The notes under the pieces are model-generated. The model did not search any database. It was not told the origin of the DNA and saw only the letters and a program-made list of their open reading frames with translations. The translations under genes were made by a program, and so were the position numbers. Below, in pieces: positions 7,773 to 16,648 of a stretch of DNA of 40,098 bases. The stretch's first letter is position 1. Each line of letters begins with the position of its first letter. This DNA comes from Thermoleophilaceae bacterium (GTDB lineage Bacteria; Actinomycetota; Thermoleophilia; Solirubrobacterales; Thermoleophilaceae): NCBI GenBank assembly GCA_051005475.1, contig JBPCJI010000080.1, forward strand, positions 1-40,098, in the 5' to 3' direction.

Positions 7773-9548
7773 CTATCGGCGTAGGGCGCTCGAGGTGCCT
7801 CCGAGGGAGCCAGGCCCCGCATAGGAGCCCGGCCCCCTGACGGACGGCGGGTCGCCGCTCGACCCCTCCGCCTGTGGGTGCCCGGCGCTCGCGATTGCAA
7901 CCACCGACCCGAGCACCGCGGCCAGCACGCAGCCCAGGAGCGCGCTGACCACGCCTACATGCCCACCGGTGACCAGCAGGAACAGGTACCAGCTGCCGCT
8001 CAGCGGATCGAGGTGCAGCGTGATCAGCTCATAGGCCACCAGCAGGGCCGGTAACAGCAGGCCGCCCGCCACCATCAGGAGCCGCGTGCGACGGGCCGGC
8101 GGAGGATCCACCAAGGTGGCGAGGATCCACAGGTGGAGCGCCGGCGCGAGAATGAGCGCCGAGTACGGATTGACGGCCCACATTGCGAGCGTCGCCCCGC
8201 TCAGCACGAGCGCCACCGCCACGGCGGCGGCGGGCTCCGCCGGGTCAGCGAGAGCGCTGTCCGCTCGTCTGGCCAGGTGGCGCAGCCCGATCCACGCGAG
8301 CGCGACCGTCGCGGCCACCACCCCGAGCACGACGGCGGCCGGCGCGTCGAGTGGATACAGACCGGGCGCAACCGGGGCGGGGGGCGGGTCCGGCGTGGCG
8401 CCGACAACCGCCAGGAGGTGAGCCAGCCCGAGGCCGATTGCGAAGGCGAGGGCGCCGCCGCCGAGCCACCTGAGCCAGGGGAAGACCGCGCGGCGACGCC
8501 TGCGGGCCCGCGCCAACGCGTCCACGCTGGCCACCAGGGCCGGGAGGATCAGGGTCAGGCCGAGCAGCGTGAGGACCAAGCCGGGCACCACCTGGCTCAC
8601 CGCGGTGACATACGCGCGCGGGCCGTGGGCCGGGCGGCCACCCTGGTCGAGCGCCGTCACGGTGCGCAGTGTGGCCCGGCCGAGGCCGCCGAGACGGTCC
8701 TCGTCGATCGCGCCGGGCTCTGATTTCCCGGTATCCCCCACCTCACCGGCTCCGGCTATCCGGACCGTGTCATAACCGGCTTCGAGCAGAGCCCCCTGCG
8801 CGCCGATGCCGATCGGGAAGGAAAGCCGTGCCAACTGGCCGGCGGGGCCGGTCCCGGCCGCGGGACGGGAGAGCTCCTGCCTGAGTGACTCGGCCACGGT
8901 GCGCTGCAGGCCGATACCGGCGCGCGTGGCGTCGTTTGACCACGAAACGATCGAGGGGGCCTCCTTCGATCCCGCGCCCAGGTCCGACATCACGAGCACA
9001 CCATCGACCAGATCGGAGGAGTCCAGCCGCTGCGCGAGGCGCTGGGCTCCCACGTGGCCGAGCGTCGACCCATCGACCGAGGCCAGCACGAGGGTCTTGC
9101 GTGAGGGACGGCCCTCGAATACGCGCGAGAGCTCGATCAGCGCCGCCGTGTCCGCGGCGCTGCCGGCCGCGTCGGGCACCCCCGAGGCGTCGCGGGCGGC
9201 CAGCACCACGATCTGACGCCGTGACTTGCCCGCCCGTCGGCCGATCACGTTCACGAGTCGCTTCCCGTCCCGTTCGAAGCGGTCCACCTCAACGGCGAAC
9301 CCCCGCGCCGCAAGGGTCGTGCGGACGCGGCCCGCCAGAGCGCGGTCCCCCGCCGTCCCGGCACGGCGGTCGCGCGCTGCTGCCACGAGCTGGCGCGCGG
9401 TGGCCGAGGCCTGGCGGCCGTCGAAGAGCACGTCCGCCGCGAGCCCCTGTGGAAGTGGCCGGGGGCTGCTCTCGAGCGAGAACATCACAAGCACGACCGC
9501 GACCACGGCAGGCACGAAGGCCGCCCGGTAGATCCGTGGCTCGATCAC
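7773..9548 (-). CDS. Polytopic membrane protein with an N-terminal degenerate M28-peptidase-like domain
   Basis: 591 aa. An N-terminal anchor helix is followed by an M28-like extracytoplasmic domain (GTAGDRALAGRVRTTLAARGFAVEVD...NVIGRRAGKSRRQIVVLAARDASG...AADTAALIELSRVF...LVLASVDGSTLGHVGAQ). Roughly eight hydrophobic helices follow in the C-terminal half. The expected metal-ligand and catalytic residues appear substituted (see findings). Confidence 0.7.
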   Translation of the reverse strand: MIEPRIYRAAFVPAVVAVVLVMFSLESSPRPLPQGLAADVLFDGRQASATARQLVAAARDRRAGTAGDRALAGRVRTTLAARGFAVEVDRFERDGKRLVNVIGRRAGKSRRQIVVLAARDASGVPDAAGSAADTAALIELSRVFEGRPSRKTLVLASVDGSTLGHVGAQRLAQRLDSSDLVDGVLVMSDLGAGSKEAPSIVSWSNDATRAGIGLQRTVAESLRQELSRPAAGTGPAGQLARLSFPIGIGAQGALLEAGYDTVRIAGAGEVGDTGKSEPGAIDEDRLGGLGRATLRTVTALDQGGRPAHGPRAYVTAVSQVVPGLVLTLLGLTLILPALVASVDALARARRRRRAVFPWLRWLGGGALAFAIGLGLAHLLAVVGATPDPPPAPVAPGLYPLDAPAAVVLGVVAATVALAWIGLRHLARRADSALADPAEPAAAVAVALVLSGATLAMWAVNPYSALILAPALHLWILATLVDPPPARRTRLLMVAGGLLLPALLVAYELITLHLDPLSGSWYLFLLVTGGHVGVVSALLGCVLAAVLGSVVAIASAGHPQAEGSSGDPPSVRGPGSYAGPGSLGGTSSALRR

Positions 9549-9575
9549 GCTCGCCGGCTCCGCACCTCCTCAACC

Positions 9576-9581
9576 TACAAT
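9576..9581 (+). promoter_or_regulatory. Candidate -10 box TACAAT for the response-regulator operon
   Basis: TACAAT lies 37 nt upstream of ATG 9618, in the 69-nt gap between divergent genes. No convincing -35 is present. The same hexamer occurs upstream of tRNA-Lys and tatA. Confidence 0.35.
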
Positions 9582-9595
9582 CTGGAGAAGGCGCG

Positions 9596-9612
9596 GCCCA
9601 CCGCCGGTGGGC
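9596..9612. promoter_or_regulatory. Perfect 8+1+8 palindrome GCCCACCG-C-CGGTGGGC just upstream of the response-regulator start
   Basis: Read directly from the sequence. The arms are 9596-9603 and 9605-9612, and the palindrome ends 5 nt before ATG 9618. It could be an operator or a 5'-leader hairpin. Confidence 0.5.
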
Positions 9613-9617
9613 GCTTT

Positions 9618-10319
9618 ATGGAACACCCCACTCCCCGCATCCTCCTGGTAGACGACGAAGAGTCGGTTCAGAAGCTGCTCGCCTTCCCCCTGCGCAAGGA
9701 CGGCTACGAGGTCGTCGCCGCACTGGACGGTCCCGAGGCGCTCGAGCGGCTGCGAGACGATGACATCGATTTGGTCGTGCTCGACCTCATGCTTCCGGGA
9801 GTGGACGGCTTCGAGGTCTGCCGGCGGGTGCGCGCGAAGAGCTCGGTGCCGATCATCATGCTCACCGCGCGCACCGAGGAGATCGACAAGGTGCTCGGCC
9901 TCGAGCTCGGCGCAGACGACTACATCACCAAGCCGTTCTCGGTGCGTGAGTTTCGCAGCCGCGTAAAAGCCGTCCTGCGCCGAGCCGAGCGCACCCGCGG
10001 CGAGGACCCGGGCGAGGAGCCGCTCGAGGACGGGGACCTCCGGATCGACTTTGACAAGCGCAACGTCACGATGGCGGGCGAGCCGGCGGGGTTGACCTAC
10101 GTGGAGTTCGAGATCCTTGCCGCTCTGGCGCGCAACCCGGGCCGCGTCTACAACCGCATGGTGCTTCTTGAACGGGTTTGGGGCGACGCCTCATACCGCG
10201 ACCCCCGCACCGTGGATGTGCACATCCGGCATCTGCGGGAGAAGCTCGAGCGCGACCCGAAGCACCCCGAGCTGATCCTCACCCTGCGCGGGGTCGGCTA
10301 CCGCTACCGGGACCGATGA
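9618..10319 (+). CDS. OmpR/PhoB-family response regulator (MprA/MtrA-like)
   Basis: The receiver domain has ILLVDDEES...DLVVLDLMLPGVDG...PIIMLTAR...GADDYITKPF. The winged-helix output domain has LTYVEFEILAALARNPGRVYNRMVLLERVWG...RTVDVHIRHLREKL. Confidence 0.95.
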   Translation: MEHPTPRILLVDDEESVQKLLAFPLRKDGYEVVAALDGPEALERLRDDDIDLVVLDLMLPGVDGFEVCRRVRAKSSVPIIMLTARTEEIDKVLGLELGADDYITKPFSVREFRSRVKAVLRRAERTRGEDPGEEPLEDGDLRIDFDKRNVTMAGEPAGLTYVEFEILAALARNPGRVYNRMVLLERVWGDASYRDPRTVDVHIRHLREKLERDPKHPELILTLRGVGYRYRDR

Positions 10320-11748
10320 TCGCCCGCCCGCACCTGCGCTCGCTGCGCAACAAGCTCGTGTTGCTGTTCCTCGGCATCACGGCCGCCGCCTTCGCCGTCA
10401 TGTACCTGGCCGTCGTACCCCAGCTCGAGGCCAACCTCGAGCAACAGAAGCTTGCCGACCTGGAGGGTGTGGCGACGGGCGCCAAGACCACGCTCGAGGA
10501 CCTGATGGGACGCCAGGAGATCTCCGCGGTCGAGCTCGACCGGCGGGTGCGAGCGGTGGCCGACGCGGCCGGGGCGCGGATCACGCTGCTCGGCGTGCAG
10601 CAGTCCCGCCAGCCCGGCTCTGACGCGCCCTTCTACGTCATCACCGACACCCGCGAAGAGCGCGCGGTGCCCCAGAACCCCGGACTCGCGAGGGAGGCCG
10701 CGCGCACCAGGGCCCCGGCCCGCGGTCACGGCGCGCTCGATGGCGAGGAACTGGGCCAGGTGGCCCAGCCGCTCTCCTCCCGGGGAGAGAACAACTGGAT
10801 CGCCCTCTACTCGCAGAGCCTGGAAGACGTGACCGACACGGTGTCGCTTGTCCGCAAGCGGTTGCTGCTGGCCACCACCGCCGCGCTGCTGCTCGCCCTG
10901 GTCGGAGGGTATTTCGTGGCCCAGGCGCTCGCTCGCCGTGTGAGAAGGCTCGAGCAGGGGGCCGAGCAGGTGGCGGCGGGGAACTTCATCGAGCCGCTGC
11001 CGGTCGACTCCGAAGACGAGCTCGGTCAGCTCACCCGCACGTTCAACGACATGCAGAGGCAGTTGCGGCGAGTCGACCTGGCGCGCAAGGAGTTCGTGGC
11101 CACTGCCTCACACGAGCTGCGCACACCCATCTTCTCGCTCGGCGGCTTCGTGGAGCTGCTGCGAGACGAGGAGCTCGACGAGGCCACCAGGCGGGAGTTC
11201 CTCGACACGATGGCCGAACAGGTGGAGCGGCTTCAGAAGCTGGCCGTCGACCTGCTCGATCTCTCGCGCCTGGATGCCGGATCGGTCCGGTTCGAGCGGG
11301 AGCCGGTCGACCTCTCGGAGGTGGCGCGCGCGGTGACGAGCGAGTTCAGGCCGGTGGTCACCGCGCAGCGGCCAGCCGTGGCGCTGCACCTTCCGGATCC
11401 TGGCGTGGAGGCGAGCTGTGACCGAGAGCGGGTTGCCCAGATCATCCGTATTCTGCTCGACAATGCCCTTACGCACACCCCGCAGGGCACCCAGGTCACG
11501 GTGACCACCCGGCGCGCGAATGGAGCCGCGGAGCTGACCGTCGTGGACGAAGGACCGGGCCTCCCGGAGGACACCCGGATATTCGAGCGCTTCACCACCG
11601 GTGACGGCACCCGCGGTGCCGGACTCGGGCTTGCGATCGCACGGGAGCTGGCTGAGCACATGGAGGGACAGATCCGCGCTGAGTCCCTCCCGGTCGGCGC
11701 TGTCTTCACTCTGAAGCTCCCCGCGGATGACCGGGGGCCGGACGCCTG

Positions 11749-11749
<1 letters not shown>
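10316..11749 (+). CDS. Sensor histidine kinase (two TM helices, HAMP, HisKA, HATPase_c; MprB-like)
   Basis: The tracked ORF starts at 10178, but the homologous start is ATG 10316, overlapping the regulator stop (ATGA). TM1 is LVLLFLGITAAAFAVMYLAVV and TM2 is LLLATTAALLLALVGGYFVAQAL. A HAMP domain follows, then the H-box ATASHELRTPI, the N-box LLDNALTHT and the G-boxes VVDEGPGL and GAGLGLAIAREL. Confidence 0.9.
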
Positions 11750-12960
<1,211 letters not shown>

Positions 12961-13056
12961 CGGTGTCGGTGGCGGCCGGCGCCGGCGCCGGCGAAGCCTT
13001 CCACCGCGCCATCGTCACCGGGCCCGACGACGGGATCTGGCGGCTTTCCGGGTAAC

Positions 13057-13428
13057 GTGCCCGCCGTGGCTGCCGATAGTCGCGATGTATCCCTCACCGT
13101 TCCGGCGAAGCCGGGGTACCTGGTGCTCGCCCGGCTGGCACTCGCGGCGGTGTGCCGGCTCACGCCGCTCGAGCCGGCGGAGGTCGCCGATCTGAAGCTG
13201 GCCGTCACCGAAGCGGCCTCGGAGCTGATCGAGGCCGGCGGCGACGAGGACACGGTGGACTTCGCCTTCCGGCTGCATCCCGACCGGCTCGCGATCGAGC
13301 TCTGCGGTCCGGCGGGCGCCACGCCCCCCGACGAACAGGAGCTCAGCCGCGCCATCATCGAGGCCACCGTCGACCGAGCTGAGTTCTTTGCCGGCCGGAC
13401 GGTCCTCGCCAAGCAGCTGGAAGCCTGA
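13057..13428 (+). CDS. Short RsbW/SpoIIAB-like anti-sigma-factor kinase homologue, apparently catalytically degenerate
   Basis: 123 aa with a GTG start. VSLTVPAKPGYLVLARLALAAVCRLTPLEPAEVADLKLAVTEAASELIEAG...VDFAFRLHPDRLAIEL aligns by eye with the RsbW N-terminal half ([51 protein letters not shown]). The N-box Asn is replaced (TEAASEL) and no DxGxG or GxGL boxes follow. The stop overlaps the treT start (TGATG). Confidence 0.6.
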   Translation: MPAVAADSRDVSLTVPAKPGYLVLARLALAAVCRLTPLEPAEVADLKLAVTEAASELIEAGGDEDTVDFAFRLHPDRLAIELCGPAGATPPDEQELSRAIIEATVDRAEFFAGRTVLAKQLEA

Positions 13429-14660
13429 TGCTGCAGCCGGTTCTCGTCGGACACAAGAGCCTCGCGGACTACACCCACCTCGTGGGCAAGCCGCTGATCG
13501 AGGAGGTGCGTCAACTCGCAGGGGAGCTCGAGGGCCTCCGCGTGCTCCACCTCTCGGCGACTGCGTTCGGTGGCGGCGTGGCCGAGATCCTCTACACGCT
13601 GGTGCCGCTGATGCGTGACGTGGGCATCGAGACCGAGTGGCAGGTGATGCTCGGCCGCGAGGAGTTCTACAACACCACGAAGATCCTCCACAACGCGCTT
13701 CAGGGCAACCCGGACGGTCTCTCACCGGAGCAGTGGCAGATCTTCGCCAAGTACAACGAGATGAACGCCCAGGAGATAGAGGGCGGCTGGGACGTGATCA
13801 TCGTGCACGATCCCCAGCCCGCCGCCATCCACCAGCTCGTGCCCGAGAAGGCGCGCACGTGGATCTGGCGCTGCCACATCGATCTCTCGACCCCCAACCC
13901 GACCGCGATCGAGCGGCTCGTGCCCTTCGTACGCTCCTACGACGGGGCGATCTTCCACCTGGAGCAGTACGTGCCGAGCGGGCTGGACGGTACGCCGATC
14001 CACATCGTGCCTCCGGCGATCGACCCGCTCTCCCCCAAGAACATGGCCTTCTCCCCGGAGGACGCCGCCTACGTCTGCGACCAGTTCGGGATCGATGTGG
14101 ACCGGCCCATGCTCTGCCAGGTCTCGCGCTTCGACCCCTGGAAGGATCCGATGGGGGTGATCGACGCCTACCGTCAGGTGGCCGAAGCGGTGCCCGCCGC
14201 GCAGCTGGCCCTCGTCGGTTCGATGGCAACGGACGATCCGGAGGGGTGGGAGTTCTTCAACCAGACGATGGCCTACGCAGATGGGAACCCCGACATCCAC
14301 ATCCTCAACAACCTCAACAACGTCGGTGCGATCGAGGTGAACGCGTTCCAGTCCCAGGCGGATGTCGTGATCCAGAAGTCCACGCGTGAGGGTTTCGGCC
14401 TCACCGTTTCCGAGGCGCTCTGGAAGGCGCGCCCCTTCATCGGCGGGGACGTCGGGGGCATCCCGCTGCAGGTGGAGGACGGCAAGACCGGTTACCTCGT
14501 CTCCTCAGCCGCCGAGTGTGCCGAGCGCGCGGTGGGGATACTCGAGGATCCGGACCTCGGCAAGCGGCTGGGGCGGGCAGGCAAGGAGCATGTCCGGCAG
14601 CGATTCCTGACGCCGCGGCTGCTGCGTGACTGGCTGAAGATCTTCCGCGCCAAGGCATGA
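13428..14660 (+). CDS. treT: Trehalose synthase, TreT type (GT4 trehalose glycosyltransferring synthase)
   Basis: 410 aa. The blocks FGGGVAEILYTLVPL, FYNTTKILHNALQG, WRCHIDLSTPN, VSRFDPWKDP, MATDDPEGWEFF and STREGFGLTVSEALWK match, from memory, the conserved blocks of archaeal/Thermotogae TreT proteins of about 410 aa. They go beyond a generic GT4 match. Confidence 0.8.
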   Translation: MLQPVLVGHKSLADYTHLVGKPLIEEVRQLAGELEGLRVLHLSATAFGGGVAEILYTLVPLMRDVGIETEWQVMLGREEFYNTTKILHNALQGNPDGLSPEQWQIFAKYNEMNAQEIEGGWDVIIVHDPQPAAIHQLVPEKARTWIWRCHIDLSTPNPTAIERLVPFVRSYDGAIFHLEQYVPSGLDGTPIHIVPPAIDPLSPKNMAFSPEDAAYVCDQFGIDVDRPMLCQVSRFDPWKDPMGVIDAYRQVAEAVPAAQLALVGSMATDDPEGWEFFNQTMAYADGNPDIHILNNLNNVGAIEVNAFQSQADVVIQKSTREGFGLTVSEALWKARPFIGGDVGGIPLQVEDGKTGYLVSSAAECAERAVGILEDPDLGKRLGRAGKEHVRQRFLTPRLLRDWLKIFRAKA

Positions 14661-16135
14661 GCGGCGACGTCGAGCTCGTCCTGGTATCGAACCGCGGGCC
14701 CGCGACCTTCGAGCGCACGGAGGACGGCGGGTTCGAGCCCCACCGGGGCGGCGGTGGCCTCGTGACCGCCCTCACCGGCCTGGTCCACCACCGCGACGCC
14801 CTCTGGATCGCATCCACCCTGTCAGACGTGGACGCAGAGGCCGCCGCCCAGCACGGCGGTCGCAGCTTCGAGTGCGAGCTCGAGGACGTGACGTACCGGA
14901 TCCGCCTCGTGGAGTCCGACTCCGACGCGTACGAGCGCTTCTACAACGTCGTGGCCAACCCGATGCTGTGGTTCATCCAGCACTACCTCTGGGACCTCTC
15001 CAACGCGCCCGACATCCGCAAGTGGGAGGTCGACTCCTACGAGGATGGCTACCGCGTCGTCAACAAGGACTTGGCGGCGGCCGTGCTAGAGGAGATCGAG
15101 GACGTTGAAGACGCGGTGGTGATGCTCCACGACTACCACCTCTACGCGGCCCCGAAGTTCATCCGCGAGGCCCGTCCCGACGTGTTCCTGCACCACTTCG
15201 TGCACATTCCCTGGACCCAGCCCGACGCCTGGCGGGTGCTACCGCGCGACATCCGCGAGGACATCTTCGAGGGGGTCCTGGCCAACGACATCATCGCCTT
15301 CCACACACGTGCCTACCGCCGCAACTTCATGCACTGCTGCCGCGAGCTGTTCGACCTCGACGTGGACGAGAAGGCAGGCATCGTCCACTTCGATGGGCGC
15401 GAGATCTGGGTGCGCGCGTACCCGCTGCCGATCTCCGCCGAGACGTTCCAGCGCAACGCCCAGCGCCCGGCGGTGCAGGAGTACGAGGGCGAGATCCTGC
15501 GCCGGCGCCGGGAGCACCTGATCCTCCGGGTGGACCGCGCGGACCTCTCCAAGAACATCCTCCGCGGCTTCACCGCGTTCGACATGTTTCTCGATCAGCA
15601 CCAGGACTTCCTCGAGCAGGTCACCTTCATCGCCCACCTCATCCCGTCGCGGCAGGACATAGCGGAGTACGCCGAGTACCTCGAGCGCATCGAGGCCCTC
15701 GTGGCCGTCATCAACCACCGTCACGGCACCACGGACTGGATGCCGATCGACCTGCGGCTGCGCGAGAACCTCGACGAGGCGATCGCCGCCTACAAGCATT
15801 ACGACCTGCTGATGGTGAACGCCATGTTCGACGGCATGAACCTGATCGCCAAGGAGGGGCCGCTGGTCAACGAGCGCGACGGGGTATCCCTGCTGAGCGA
15901 GAACACGGGTGCCCACGAGGAGCTTGCGGAGTTCGCCCTGTCGGTCAACCCCTTCGACGTCCAGGAGCAGGCGGAGGCCATCCACCGCGCTCTCACCATG
16001 TCCCCGGACGAGCGTTCCTGGCGGGCCCAGGGACTGAAGCGTGTGGTCACCGCGCGCGATCCGGGCGACTGGGTCGACGACCAGCTCGCCGACATCGAAG
16101 CAAAGCGCAGCGGGGGGACGCCCGGCGGCGGATAG
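14657..16135 (+). CDS. otsA: Alpha,alpha-trehalose-phosphate synthase (GT20)
   Basis: 492 aa with the ATG overlapping the treT stop (ATGA). GT20 features are LVLVSNRGP, GGGGLVTAL, ERFYNVVANPMLWFIQHYLWD, VMLHDYHLY, ILRVDRADLSKNI and VNAMFDGMNLIAKE. Confidence 0.9.
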   Translation: MSGDVELVLVSNRGPATFERTEDGGFEPHRGGGGLVTALTGLVHHRDALWIASTLSDVDAEAAAQHGGRSFECELEDVTYRIRLVESDSDAYERFYNVVANPMLWFIQHYLWDLSNAPDIRKWEVDSYEDGYRVVNKDLAAAVLEEIEDVEDAVVMLHDYHLYAAPKFIREARPDVFLHHFVHIPWTQPDAWRVLPRDIREDIFEGVLANDIIAFHTRAYRRNFMHCCRELFDLDVDEKAGIVHFDGREIWVRAYPLPISAETFQRNAQRPAVQEYEGEILRRRREHLILRVDRADLSKNILRGFTAFDMFLDQHQDFLEQVTFIAHLIPSRQDIAEYAEYLERIEALVAVINHRHGTTDWMPIDLRLRENLDEAIAAYKHYDLLMVNAMFDGMNLIAKEGPLVNERDGVSLLSENTGAHEELAEFALSVNPFDVQEQAEAIHRALTMSPDERSWRAQGLKRVVTARDPGDWVDDQLADIEAKRSGGTPGGG

Positions 16136-16148
16136 CGGTCGGCCCACT

Positions 16149-16544
16149 TCAGGGGTCCGGCGTGAACTCTCCGGTTCGCGGGGCGAGCTCCAGCGGAGCG
16201 CTCCGGACCGATCGCGCCGGTGGGCTCGGGTGGACATCGACGGAAAGGGCGGGCTGCGGCGGGCGAGGAAAAACGCGCCGCTTGCGCGTGGCGCGGGGGC
16301 GGGCGCGGGGGCGGGCAGATGCTCGCCGCCGGCCCGTCGCAGCGGTGGGCAGCCGCCGCTCCGGCGGATCGGCGGACGGACGCGCGAGAGAGCCCTGCCG
16401 TGGCGGCTCAGCCAGCGGGGGAGGCGGGTCGGGTCGGCCGTCGGGCCCTTGGGCGGGGCCGCTGTCGAAGCCGCGTGGTCCGAGGGAGATCAGCAGCCCG
16501 ACGGCGAGTAGTGCCGCCAACCGTCCGACGTTCCTCCATCGCAC
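16149..16544 (-). CDS. Possible small membrane-anchored Pro/Arg-rich protein (very uncertain)
   Basis: This is the only frame in the 513-bp otsA-rpsF gap with a hydrophobic helix (VGRLAALLAVGLLISLG). I place the start at GTG 16544, because the tracked ATG 16655 would overlap the rpsF start. GC3 is only moderately biased, the SD is weak and the composition is low-complexity, so it may be non-coding. Confidence 0.25.
   Translation of the reverse strand: MRWRNVGRLAALLAVGLLISLGPRGFDSGPAQGPDGRPDPPPPLAEPPRQGSLARPSADPPERRLPTAATGRRRASARPRARPRATRKRRVFPRPPQPALSVDVHPSPPARSVRSAPLELAPRTGEFTPDP
16291..16314 (+). repeat. 12-bp perfect tandem duplication (GCGCGGGGGCGG x2) forming a four-tract G-run motif
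   Basis: Read directly: G5-C-G3-CGC-G5-C-G3 on the plus strand (16295-16315). This fits the G3+N1-7 x4 quadruplex pattern. Confidence 0.8.
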
Positions 16545-16648
16545 CCGTGCCAGCGGGCCGGGTGCTCCGCGTGCTCGCCGGCGTGCCACGCCAGTTGGAG
16601 CCGTGGCGCACGGGAACTCGCCCCCTCGCTGCGATCGTCTCGCGCCCC

